A DNA stretch of 63,327 nucleotides, filler included, from Catajapyx aquilonaris (GCA_000934665.2; 4 parts of 4 records of this genome joined end to end with filler, not necessarily neighbours in it), one strand, 5' to 3'; numbered from the whole stretch's first letter, positions 1-11,758 are shown. The notes: generated by a model not told the origin, from the letters alone. Program-made: numbers and translations.

Positions 1-91
1 CTCTAATGAGTGTCACTACCTTCAGGTGGAAGGACATCATTATCAGCCCACGCCATCTACCTTAGGCTCAGAACTTATTGGACGACCCTCG
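1..91. mobile_element. Terminal part of a mariner-like element, truncated by the window edge
   Basis: Reverse complement of 61-93 reads TA-CGAGGGTCGTCCAATAAGTTCTGAGCCTAAG, a mariner-type TIR with flanking TA; similar termini at 32787 and 60121. Confidence 0.55.
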
Positions 92-220
92 TATATGCTG
101 AATAATGTGACTGCCTACATATTTCTGAATTTCTCCTAGGAAGAGTGAGATTATATCTCATAAATTTTGCACCATTAGCAGATTTCATCTCATGGGGATT
201 GCACAGTGACTGTTCAATTT

Positions 221-420
221 AAATAATAATAATTACCCCGCGATAAAGGACAGAGCTGTTTGGGGGAGAGGGGGTGGAACACCACCATTTTCAATTTTTC
301 TTATGTTTTTTCTTCATACTCCCTGCAAGGAAGGACTTGGGGTAAGGGTGGAGATTTTTGGGGAGGGGACACAGGTGCAGATGCAATGTCTGAAAATGGG
401 TCATATCAAGAGTAAATGGT
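221..420 (-). mobile_element. Partial copy (3' part) of SINE family A
   Basis: Reverse complement resembles the 3' half of the SINE copies at 8836-9180 and 14199-14525 (GACCCAT...CATTGCA...CCTCCCCAAAAATC...). Confidence 0.6.
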
Positions 421-501
421 CATATACAATCCCCCTGGAGGCTATACGTTGCCATGATGTGAAAGAATTTAGAGAACTAGATTCCGATATACCTGGAGAT
501 A

Positions 502-2313
502 CCAAGTAAATTTTTAAAAAAACGACGGTTATTTGCTTTAGAAAAGGAGGTAGACCACCAAATAAATTTTTTCATTGGAATTCCGAAAAAATAGAAATGG
601 TATCGTCATATACGTATTCGGGAATAACATTCAAGAGCTCTGTAAAATCTGTAAAATTTCATTTAGCGGCTGAACAACTGAAAAAAAGCACTCGCCGCGA
701 TAAACGGACTCTGGCCTATACTGATAAATCTACAACTACGTGATATAAAAATAGCTATGAACCTTTTCCATTCCCATATTTGGCATATTACACCGATAAT
801 AATGTACAAGCAATGCACACATTTGGAGTCCAAACCACTTAGACACGATAAACCAGGTAGGCCTACAGATTTTCTTTATTTAAAAATTCCTAGGGCTCCC
901 ACGAAACACAGCAAACTATTTTGTTTATTTGGAAACAGGAAATCTTGCCTTTAACCACTGTGCTAATAAAATCAATAATCAGAAACATGGAAAAGTTAAT
1001 AAACCTGGACGACCAGAGACTAGTGAAGGAAGCTTATAATAATTACTCTTTGAAAACTAATTGAAGCAGTGAGAACCAGAAGTTGTTAAGTCCATTTTTG
1101 CCATTTTTCAGGAGAGCAGTTTGAAAGTTTCACATAATGTTTGACATACCTTTCTTTGACATTACAGTCTCGGTAATTTTTATGTGATATCACTACGATT
1201 GTAAGTTAATGTAATGTAAATATGGAGTATCTAGTGCCTACACTGTAGGATAAAAAAAATTATTTCCGACCTGGACTTAGCAACTTCTGGCTTGCAGAAA
1301 TTTTATATTAATTTTTAAAACACTAAAATAAGGAAATGCAGGGAAATAATATCTCCTAAATTAATTTTAGTCCCTTTATTAGGCCTGAATGTGATGACAA
1401 TAATTCTAAATGCATTTTTTTATGAAGGCCCTTTTTGGCTTTGGGGGTATCAACATCTGGCACGAATTTTCTCTTCAGTGCTAAGAGTATCCCGGTCTGA
1501 AAAGGGGACTTGTAATCATCTGGCTGGGATGAAACATTTTTCTGTGAAAATATGCCTGATAAAGGCCTAGAATTTGCCCTTATCTCAAAATCGCCAAAAA
1601 TGGACTTAGCAACTTCTGGTTCTCGCTGCTTCAATTCAGGTAAGCCATTATTGAGAGAAAATAGGATCTACACTTGCAGAAATCTAATACAAAAGAATGG
1701 AATGAACTGGTCAGATATTTTTATGGATATGGTTTTTATTGTTGAAAATGTAAACACGACCCAAAAGACAAACATTATGGACATACTACACCAAACTAGC
1801 AGATACAAATATTGCAATGAAATCAAAAATAGCTTTGGACAAGAAGAATACCTAACATATGGTGTACCAATAATACAGACTAGAATGTTAAGTAATTTAA
1901 GCAATAAGTCAAGATTCCTACGTCTAAAGAATGACTCCATAAAGCTATATGATGAGGTTTCCTGTGAATGATGTAATATTCAAGAACCGTTAACAGCATG
2001 CCATAATATAATGTATGAATGTAGATATTTCGATACACTCAGAACAAAAAATCTGTATAACCTTCCCTCCTACCCAACTACACATTTTCATCTTCTTTTT
2101 CAAGGGCTAACAAAAAATCAAATTTTCTGTCTGTTCGCTTTCTTTCAAAATGTAAATAAGAGGATTAATTTTTCTATGTAAACTGGGAAGTCTGAACATG
2201 TGTGCTTCAAAAATTAATGTAATTGACAATTTGGAATATGTGTCCCCCGAAACAAGTATATACCTGAGCAAGGGGTAGAAAAATAAATAAATAAATAATA
2301 AATACATAATACA
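502..2313 (+). mobile_element. 5'-truncated, decayed non-LTR retrotransposon (RTEX-like ORF2 C-terminus)
   Basis: Manual translation gives RT-thumb-like KTTVICFRKGGR...EKIEMVSSYTYSGITF, then KFLGLPRNTANYFVYLETG, then a CxxC...H...C knuckle (CE*CNIQEPLTACHNIMYEC). It has a (TAAA)n tail, a flanking CTGGAGATA duplication (493-501 / 2314-2322), and stops and frameshifts. Homologous to 23838-24500. Confidence 0.75.
1063..1632. mobile_element. MITE with about 45-bp TIRs and AATT target duplication, inserted in the LINE
   Basis: AATT|GAAGCAGTGAGAACCAGAAGTTGTTAAGTCCATTTTTG ... CAAAAATGGACTTAGCAACTTCTGGTTCTCGCTGCTTC|AATT. A 4-bp AWWT TSD is compatible with Sola, but the superfamily is inferred only. 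Confidence 0.75.
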
Positions 2314-2687
2314 GCTGGAGATATCTTTAATGAATTTCACGCCTTCATCAACTTTTACTTGACAATATATTTCAACTGTTACTTTCTGGAAGAACTCCAT
2401 AAAAAATTACAGAAAACCTTTGGGATATAAGTTGGATATAAGCCCATCCTTTTCTGTAGCAGACCTGCCAGCCTCTCTGACATCACCGCCAGAATTTTGG
2501 TGTCAGTTAAAAGACGAATTTAAAGTTTTGTCAGATGAAGCGAAAATAATCCTTTTGCCCTTTGCAACAACATATGAAGGAGAATGAAAAGTACTCGTAT
2601 AAGGCAACTTTTGAAATGACAAATCTTCACTACAGAAACTCAAACTGACATGCATAATTATGTGAAACGGCAAGTATTTCTCTAATT

Positions 2688-2912
2688 TTAGGCACAGTCA
2701 CCATACAATTTGGTACACTTATCCCAATGGGACACTATATTATATTTATTTTTTCCATGCCACTGCACTGCAGAGAAAAGAGAGGCAGGCTGGCTGAAAA
2801 GCCAGTGGATGACTGCCTCTTTCACTTCCTCGATGTTGCTGAAGTGTTGACAGGCCAGGTGCTTATTCATTGGTACTTGAAGAGATGGCAATAAATTATC
2901 ACTTAGGGCCAA
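2688..2912 (-). mobile_element. Mariner transposase C-terminal remnant
   Basis: ORF ...KHLACQHFSNIEEVKEAVIHWLFSQPASLF...HWDKCTKLYGD matches the mariner C-terminal pattern (F.xxEEVK.AV..WL..QP..F...RWDKC...GDY). Confidence 0.7.
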
Positions 2913-3180
2913 GTCAGGGCTGTAGTCCGGGTGCTAAGGGAAATGACTTTGCATTTTGTGATAAAAGCATGACACTCGGTACACTCGTTCTTTGGGCCTT
3001 TCCGAACATATCTGGACGTCGAGCAACAATGCCTGACCCTGCGGGTCACGCGTATTGCTGGGTTGTCTATACCAGCAAGGGGGTGTTCCCTTTCACCGGC
3101 TGCACCGGGTGAACGGTTAACGTTAGGTCACTGGTTCCTTCGTTGTTATGGTCTACATACTATGAGGATTAAAATAATGA

Positions 3181-3438
3181 GGGAGGCGAAGTGGCACTGC
3201 GGTAACGTATGCGCCCACGGATGTTAAGGTCCCGGGTTCGATCCCAGCCCGGGGTTCCCCCCTTCATCTCGTGAAGAGTTGGGCCATTTCTGGCTTCGTC
3301 TCCGGTAGAATTTCCATAGATTAATCCACCCGGGGGAGTTCACAAAATGACCACACCCAAGACATTACACTGCACTTTGCACATCCCCTGCTGTCATCCT
3401 GCCCGTGGGGTCCAAGCACTACCCGGATTATGATTATT
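3181..3438 (+). mobile_element. tRNA-derived SINE family B
   Basis: Pol III A box TGGCACTGCGG, B box GGTTCGATCCC, (ATT)n tail; second copy at 29842-30240. Confidence 0.8.
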
Positions 3439-4199
3439 ATGAGGATTAAATTTTGTCATGAGTACGCTGGCCGTATTTGCTGTCATTTGCGTGCAAACTG
3501 TCATTGAATGGCCACAGGGTGATTTTTTGTAAGGTAAGTTTAGGAGTTACGGTCTTTTACTGATCACTCAGGCATTTTATGAGGAAAAGCTTTAAATAAA
3601 AAGTGCGTAAAACACCTTTATTGATTGTATAATGATATCTACGGGTTCTTATTTCCTCCGAGGAATATTTACGGTGGACGGAGGCTCGAACCCCGCCTGC
3701 GCGCGTACAGGCTGCGCGGGGGGGATCGGTATATGTACATATTTGTTCTCTATGTGTGGTCTTCGTGTGGCTCGAGACAGGCGGCGACGTTTTTTTAGTG
3801 GCCTGCCCCTATTTTAGGTTTCCAGAATATCACGAGCTAGTGGGGCCACTGCGGTTCCATGTCGTGTGCACCATGAGGGGCCACCCTTACGGCGTAATAT
3901 ATCTTCATCTCAGACAGGTGGCAGCATCATGCAAGACATTTCCGCCTATACCCCGTTTTACCCGCTTACCCCGTTTTACCCAACTCTCCCCTACACTCGT
4001 TCTTTGGACCTTTAATAACATACCTGGATGTGGAGAAACGATGCCTGACCCAGCGGGGGGTCACATTAACGTGTGCCTATCTAGCAGGCGCAACTCACCA
4101 TATACCTGCAAAGTGAGCTTGCTTTCTGTGATAAACATATTAATCTCGGTACGGATGGGGACACGTCGGAATTAATTTCCGCAACAAAACAAACTTAAC

Positions 4200-4714
4200 A
4201 AGGCATTTCGTCATCACGGCACTCTCCGTCACAAGATCTGCTTTGAAGCATTTGCACGGCACCCCGCAAGGTTCTTTGCACCCACAATGAATGAGCTGTG
4301 ACGCCGGAGATATCATTGTCCAACGGGGCTCCCAACCACTATCATTATTTTTCCTCCAGCCCCACTCTTCCGGTGTGGGTAATGCCAGAAATGGACGTAG
4401 AGCCTGACCCCAAATGAATCTACCTTGGTAAGCTGCTCGCTGTGCATGTTGCTGAGAGCGTCTGATGTTGGCGGAATGCTGTCAAGTTGCCTGTTCTTCT
4501 TTGTGAATAATGATTTTCGACACTCGTTGACACTGGTCAAGCCAGACGACCTGTCGTTCAAAGTGACGGTGAACTTCTCAATGTCGTCTGTTGCCTCTTC
4601 CATTTTTCCATCGGTAATCAAGAGGAAACCATTCGTGGCTTTCGGATAAGCATTCCACGCCTCAAATGCTGTTTTCTTCCCTTTGCCAGCGAACGATGGG
4701 ACGGAGTCACATCC
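4200..4714 (-). mobile_element. Transposon-derived XPG/FEN1-like H3TH plus Cys-rich C-terminus (AcademX-like remnant), frameshifted
   Basis: Minus strand reads GCDSVPSFAGKGKKTAFEAW...SVNECRKSLFTKKNRQLDSIPPTSDAL, then after a frameshift QHAQRAAYQG...WGQALRP...PEEWGW... and a CGC...C...CKC cluster. The XPG-like plus Cys-finger architecture is the one described for AcademX. Confidence 0.6.
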
Positions 4715-4849
4715 GCATTCCTTCCAGCTTCTTGTTTTTCATCCTAGCAAGTGCTCAAATTAGGAGAAGCCGACAAGTTTTCATGGCCATGGGGCAACAC
4801 TTGTGTCCGGAATGGGTCTCAACTTGGATGTCTCTTTTTTCGTTAACAG

Positions 4850-5596
4850 AGGAGGAGGAGGAGATTGACGTGGTCAACGTGGAGACGACCAGACCCATCT
4901 TAACCCCAGGGACCAGCCAGCTGCTCCCACAAGCCATCAGGACCACCTTCCCGGAGATTGAGACCACCACGCCGACGCCGTCTCAACTGCCGATGACGCC
5001 TGTTCAGCCGCAACAGGCAGTGACCAGGACGTCCCTTCCGGCCAACCCGAGCGCACTGGTGCCCAGGAAGCTTCAAATGACCATGGCCAGCACTGGAAGG
5101 CCAAAGAGAGCAGTCGTCATCCAGCCGGTCAAAGGTGGTGGACGGCCTGCAAGCATCAGCAGAAAAAAGACGGCCAGGAAAACCGGGCGGAGGTCAGCTG
5201 TGCGGTCCGTGATAGACGACGACGAGATGGTCGGGCCTAGAAAGACGAGGACCATGCACAAGTACCAGGAGAGACAGAGGCGTATCTACCAGAGCAATCT
5301 GCTGGGCAATCTTCGGGACCAGGTAAACACTGACTCCCAATCTTTGTCCTCTCTCTGGAGGACCGGTGTGGACGTGTGGTAAAAATGTTGGGTGTTTCTC
5401 ATGGCAGATCCCGGAGATCGCTGGAGACAAGCGGGCCACTATAAAGAGGATCCTGGAGAGGGCGGCTCAGTTCTGCGCGGAGCTTCAGAGCAGTCACCGT
5501 GCCATGGAGAAGGAGCAGGCCATGCTCCAGCAGAACCAGGACAAGCTCCACAAGCGGCTCTACGAGATTCAGAGTTCATCCCTACTAAAAAAGTGA
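4850..5596 (+). CDS. Myc: Divergent Myc-family bHLH-ZIP transcription factor, 3' exons (4850-5322, 5408-5596); upstream exon(s) not found in the window
   Basis: The exon opens after ttttttcgttaacag in phase 1 with EEEEEIDVVNVE (Myc box IIIb). Basic region KTRTMHKYQERQRR. An 85-nt GT-AG intron (5323-5407) joins LRDQ to IPEIAGDKRATIKRILERAAQFCAEL, followed by a leucine zipper and TGA at 5594-5596. Confidence 0.8.
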
Positions 5597-7931
5597 TCGC
5601 AGCACATACTCCCATCCTATTAATCCTTGTGCCATCACAGTGTTATTATCCAATTGGATCTAGGTTTGTTTTTTTTTAAAATTGACTTCACGTTCCACAT
5701 CCACTCCTTCTCGTTCGACCCCAGCCCTTTAAAAAAACGGTAGATAAGAGTATCGGTTACAAACCTCAGCCCCCTGCTGCTTCTTTAACGCCCCCCCCCC
5801 CCCACCCCCTACTGTCATCTTTGGTGTGATGTCAACAAAGCTTGTCATTTTAGCCTGTGAGGTATGGAATAATGTCATCGTTTCCATCTCTCACTGTTAT
5901 GTGTGTTTCAAAGACTCGTGTGTGTTTGTCAATGTTGGGCAGGTTCGATCGGTGTTACGTACTGTACACTCTGTAGTCGTCTTGGGATAGAAATAATGTT
6001 TTAAGAGCTTTTGCCCCTGCTGGAAAGATGTAGATAGAAAAGGAGGCCATCTCCAGAAGATAACAACTTATTAATATTCGAAAATGATTTTAAAAAATGT
6101 ATAGCATCCGGAGTCTCAGTAGTTCATCATTCCAGGGGACAGTCTTTGTTAGTTACTCTCCAGCAGTTACGTACACTGTACAAGTATAAGAATAGTAACA
6201 CCTTGAAAAATTCCCATTGGCACACAGTTCCGACAAGTAATCCCCCCCCCCTAATCCTGGTCTTCCCAAAATCATGCCCTGAAAAAAGACAAATTGATGC
6301 TAGATCTTTATTGGTTATATCTTAAACGGAATCAAGTTGGTTAAAAAAAGTGTGACTTCATGAGGATGTAACGAAAAGTTTAGAAAACGATTTTTTTTTT
6401 CCTGGCACGTAATCATGTACAGTCTTTATCCATGTTTATGTTAGATAAATGTTTATTTTTTTGCATCCAAGATGATACTCACACATCCAGAGAGCTTATA
6501 TACAGTATATATTAAGAAAAATCATCCGAATCATGCCATTTACATATTCCATTAGAGAGAATTAAAGAGAAATCATTGATAGAGAAACAATGCTCAAGGG
6601 AAATAACCCCCATTTATCAATCATGTTCTGTAAAGATTTATTTAACAAAAAAGAGAGAGAATGAAAAACCTTTTTGGTCTGTCTGGGACTGTCTGGCATG
6701 CACTTGTTGTTGTTGTCCACTAGACTGTTTTGACCACTGGACAGTTTAACTACATATTCTGATGATGCAGTTTGCATCGCCTGCTACATTCGCACAGATG
6801 CTTATTATTTTTTATGAGTTGATTTTGAACATAGCAGGTGTTGAAATTGCGCCACATATCAGTAAAGCAGCATAATTCATCAAATTCAATAACCACTCAA
6901 CACATTACATTTCTGACAAAGTGTTTTTCGGACAGTTCCGGACATTCCTAATTTGTACCCCCCATACTTTTTGTAGTACCGCCTCAATTTTTTTTTTTCC
7001 ACGTCCAAAGTGGTTGAGGTGGGCCTGTGTTTTCATATCATTCCTGTTATTATTATTATTTTAAATTATTATTTTATAAACATTATATCTGGTAAACAAG
7101 TTATTTAGAACCTGTGGGAAGGAACTCGATTTTAAAAAAAGGCAAGAAGAGCTCACCTCATGTAGTTTCCTTCCCTGAGCGGCTGGAGGACTTGTGCTGG
7201 TCTGGTCTTTGAATCACGAATAATGAAATTATGTTGCGTAATCATGTTTTTTTATTAGTTGGAATCATGATCGGTTTCATCTCCCAGGCCAGCACGGGTC
7301 ATCAGTTCAAACTTGCGAAATGTAATCTACCCATGTTAAATGTATCCATTCCCTTTTCTACCACCCATTTGTTGTGACGGCGGGACAGAGAAAAAGAAAG
7401 CTCGAAAGTTCCTTTTATTACTATAAATATGATTGAGGGATCTGATATACTTTAATATAAAAATACAATAAAATAATCAAGTTGATGATAAAGAGTTGGC
7501 TTTATTTCATTCTTGTCAAAGTCTCTTTTTCCTGGCTGTGCAAGTTGGATGCATATCTTTATTCTAGGCAATAGCAGTCTTCGTTGGTGTCACATGTTGG
7601 TGAATTTTCTTACTAAAGAGGGCAGATGCCAGAGACCCCTCCATCTCTAAAATGGAGCTTCTGACTGCCATCATGCCCATGCAAAACGAACTTGAAATTT
7701 TGTATTGCCTGCAATTCAGGGGGTCTGAGGAGGATAAGATGTGGATAGTCTTACAAATCTTTCTTAATATTTAATAGGTGTACTATATTTAGATTCATAA
7801 TTATCTACTACCACATCGTATTATAGCTCACAATACTAGTGTTGTTGGTATATTTTCTCATAGCCTCTCTTTGCCCAACTGCAGGGACAGTGAAATAATT
7901 GCGTAACAGTGGACTTGCTACTTGAATGTTC

Positions 7932-9716
7932 TGGAGGTGGAGGTACCACATTAATGATCTCATCAAGAATCACATCAGCAACCTCCTGCCCAAGAATAAC
8001 TAGGCGTAAGTACTAGTTCTGACTGATCAGGATTTTTCCCAGGAAAGATGGGTCAACTTTTGATTGTTGGCAGGTGCTTGCAAGTACCTCCCAATAAAAA
8101 ATTAGACCCATACCCTTGTTATTGGGGCGGATATCCCGGAATATGTCCGGAGACATATTTCGTGATATCCGCCTCAATAACAAGGGTGCCATATTGAAGG
8201 CTCCATGTACTACATTCGCCACCTGAAAAATGACACGGACAAAAAGCTGATCCTGGAAGTGAAAGTCAGACAACTGGAGAATGAGAAGAGGCAGTGTTTG
8301 CTCAGGGTACAGGTGAATGGCAGCGTATCATATTTGTAGGCCATTGTGTCTGATGTATTGTTCTGACCTTCTGATTTATTGCTTTAGGAGCTGGAAAACC
8401 AGGCCCAGAGGCACGGCCTTCCCCTCAGCAGCTGCACCTGGCCCCAGCAGTGCTTCCACTGTGATCAACTATATCAAGAATGGGTCACTCTCCAATAGTT
8501 TCATTAAGCAGGTAGGAATCACCAGTTTTGTTGGCAAGTGTCCTTTACAAGGGGTAGATGTTTGGATATACTTTTGAGGGGCAAGTGTAATGGGGGGTGG
8601 AAGATTCCCTGCAACATTTGTGACCTTGAAGTAGTTGCATCAATGTTCATGATGGAAGCAGCAGTTGCTGTACTATCATTCAACATCAGGCATCCCACTT
8701 GCTAATACTACATTTTGGATGGGAAATTTTAACTGAACATTACCCTGTGCATTTATCCCTACTTAATGGTTGACGCTAACCTAAGTTTAAGCACTTGAGT
8801 GAGAATGCACTACATTGTCACAATTGACTTGATTGGGGGAGGTGTGGTGGCCGTGATGGTAACGTCACGGCTTGCTGAGTGAAAGGCCCCAGGTTCGATC
8901 CCCGCCTGGGGAACTTTCCTTTCACCTGCGTCGGGAGGGTCTCTGACCTGCACCAAGGAGGTGTCTGGCAACCTAACCTCCTGGGGGACAGCACATGACC
9001 CATGTTGTAGACATTGCACTTGCACCCCATGTTCCCTCCCCAAAAATCCCTACCCCTACCCTACATCCTTGACTCCTTGCACCGGTGACTGAAGAAAAAT
9101 GACAGAGAAAACTGATGGTGGTGTGCCACCCCCCAAATAGGCCATTGATGCCTGGCACGGGGTAAATAATTAAAAAAAAAAATTGACTTGATTGTAGTGC
9201 ATTTGAGTGACAAATACATCAGGAACACTGGAGGACAACAATGTCCTACATATGCTGAGGAGGAATTTAATAAAACACAATAAAGCTTTAGAAAATGAAT
9301 ATTCATTCAAGTTCAGGTTACAGTTAATACAGTGAACATGATGCCTGTGCAGTAATGTAGTGAGCAGGATAGATAAATAGATACAGGAGCCATCCAACTT
9401 ACTTGATTACTGCACGTGTGCAACCAATTGAAGCAATGCACTTGGTCATAAAGGTGTACTGAAGGCATTGGGATACATCGTAACAGCTTCTCTCTCTCTC
9501 TCTCTCTCTCTCCCCCCCCATGGGCAAAAGTATCATGTCTAAAGATTGCTGTCTCCTTTCCTTTTTATGGTGACCCTTGAAAAGGAGGCGTGGGCTGCAG
9601 TAACGGAGGCTGCAACCATGAGTGCTGACCTGATGGAAGATGACAGACATCCAGTTACCCGGGATTCCATGTTCTCATCCCCTGGCACCAATGCCGATGA
9701 TGATATGCTGTCGTAA
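7932..9716 (+). pseudogene. Mitf: Mitf/TFE-family bHLH-ZIP pseudogene (exon remnants about 7932-8004, 8152-8312, 8388-8511, 9601-9716)
   Basis: WRWRYHINDLIKNHISNLLPKNN*|gtaagt (cf. RRRRFNINDRIKELGTLLPKxNDP); DIFRDIRLNNKGAILKA, 1-nt deletion, SMYYIRHLKNDTDKKLILEVKVRQLENEKRQCLLRVQ|gtgaat; tag|ELENQAQRHGLPLSS; last exon DLMEDDRHPVTRDSMFSSP...DDDMLS* (cf. MITF C-terminal LMDD..PV..DPLLSS). It has an in-frame stop and a frameshift. Confidence 0.85.
8836..9180 (+). mobile_element. tRNA-derived SINE family A, full length, in a Mitf-pseudogene intron
   Basis: A box TGGCCGTGATGG, B box GGTTCGATCCC, A-rich tail, 14-bp TSD AATTGACTTGATTG (8822-8835 / 9181-9194). Confidence 0.85.
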
Positions 9717-11647
9717 GAGAAGAAAGGACAATAAGTGGTCCATTTCTGGACGTGAAGCGCTGGTGTTGCAGTATTAACCCTCGGCGAAGTAGGGACTGTG
9801 CCTTAACTGTTGCATCGGTTCATTTCTTACCCAGGTCAATTAATCGCAAAGTGTAACCCACATTGGGGAAATATGTGATCCTTTTACCCATCACTGACAT
9901 ACATGTGTATTGTCTCTGGTGTTTTATCTGTCGTTCTTCCTACTATTGTAATCCATTTCCTTTTAACCAAGAAGAACATTGTATTCCCCACAGGTACCTA
10001 TCATTAAATTATTGCCATAATAATGGTACATATTTAACTGTGGGGCTGGCATAATTGGCGATTGAAGCATGGGTTTAAGTGCGATTAGTGTCACGTGGAG
10101 TGAATCCAGGACTATGACAATATGTTACTTTTGTTTTACGAAATAATTGTATAATATTTTCATAACCCAATTTCAGCAGATAAGAAGTTAATTTTAATGA
10201 AATATTTTTGTTGGCCGGGCAATGAAGTGCGGGAAAAACATGTACAAAACAAATAGGTGGGCTAAATCATAATTTTGGAAGATGCATGTTCCTTATTTGA
10301 GCCCTTATTGTCATCACTATTGACATATTATCAAGGAGGTGCTATTGACAACATTTAGTGTGAAATGGTCCTTTGGGCCAAGAGCATCCTTCTAAGTATT
10401 GTTAAGTGACAAAAAAAAAGTTGCACATATGTGTAAATACAAGTCTCTGTTACCAATCCAAGCCTTCTCTTACTTTATTGGGAGAGATCCACCTTGTATC
10501 TACCGCTTTGGTTGGGAACCGCTGCTTAAATTTTGCTGCAGCCTCTTCTCAAATGCATCCATGTCAGCACAGTCTTGCTCCATGCTATCACGATGCTCCT
10601 GGATTCCATCCTCAATCAATTTGTCTGGCTGCCACTTACGCTTCATCGGCAACGTTGGTGGCTTCTTGCTGGGAGATGGCACATTTGCTCATGGAGCTGC
10701 AGATGCTGAAGCCTGTTCCCCTTCTGTAGAAATGTTAACGATCTTGCCTTTTTCAATAATGCCTTGAAGCCAATGCTCGGTCTGACATAGCTCCTCCTTG
10801 ACTTTGGATGCCTCTTTGCGAAACAAGTCGCATTCAGGAAGGATCTTTACCGCAGTGGACTGAACTGGTGGTGGCGGTATTGGTTTAGGTAAGATAATTT
10901 CTGGACTCGGATTTACAGGAATGATCACTTCACGTGGCCACCTCACCTGGAAACCTTCAGTGGCATCAACTGGGCATGCCACCATTTCGTCTGGAAGAGT
11001 TGCCAGTTGGTAGTAGATGCATGCCTGTATCAAGTGCAGCCAGGGCATGGGATAGAAGCCACAGGGTTTCTCTGTGAGCCTAGCCACCTTTGAAAGAAGC
11101 AGGGCCGTGCTGGCCGATTCACGCTTTAGTCCCTGGCAGTATTGCAAGATGTCCATGGAGTCCTGATACAGTGGGAGTTGCAGGGACACAATGGATTTGG
11201 TCAGGTGATGGAGGAAATCAGGGCTGTTCCAGTTTCCAGGAGGATCCAACATTTTGTTGCCACGCAGAAGCTCTGGAGCTGGCCACGAGAGCTCCAGAAG
11301 GGATGGGTCAGCCCAGATTCTGGCCAGGTGAATTACAGCTGCGTTGTACACACTGATAAGACTATTTGGATGCTGAAACAATAAGGAACATTACAGATTC
11401 ATTACTTACATGTCAAGAGTGCAACTTTCAACTCCTGTACAAGTACTTACTCTCCTCTGCTGTCTATATTGCCACTGCATGGAAAAATCCTGGAAGAATG
11501 GTTCCAGTACCATCGTGGTCAGGTTATCCTCAGCCCAGTCCTTCAGTGGCTGCACACGCACATTTCGAGGTGATGGCCTGCTCCTCGCCAGCCATTGCAG
11601 CAGTGATTTCAACTGATAAGTGCACAAGTTGACACTTTCATTACTTA

Positions 11648-11758
11648 GGTGGAATTTTCGTCCCACTGCTACTTACTGCTAACTTGGCAGTACCATTGCC
11701 AACACTGGAACTGCTAAGGTACGTAGCAGTAACTAGCAGTGGGACGAATATTCCACCC
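11648..11758. mobile_element. PIF/Harbinger (Tourist-like) MITE in a GANP intron
   Basis: TTA|GGTGGAATTTTCGTCCCACTGCTA ... TAGCAGTGGGACGAATATTCCACCC|TTA. Confidence 0.75.

Larger units (their letters stand above)
450..2690 (+). mobile_element. Decayed hAT (Charlie/Buster-like) remnant split by a LINE insertion
   Basis: GAGAACTAGATTCCGATATACCTGGAGATA (about 471-501) resumes as CTGGAGATATCTTTAATGAATTTC (2314 onward); the same sequence is uninterrupted at about 53130-53320. Boundaries approximate. Confidence 0.55.

Noticed and set aside
4666..5382. 238-aa ORF as a complete protein
   Set aside because: Its first 61 codons overlap the transposon remnant and intron, and its tail reads into the 85-nt intron; only 4850-5322 is exon.
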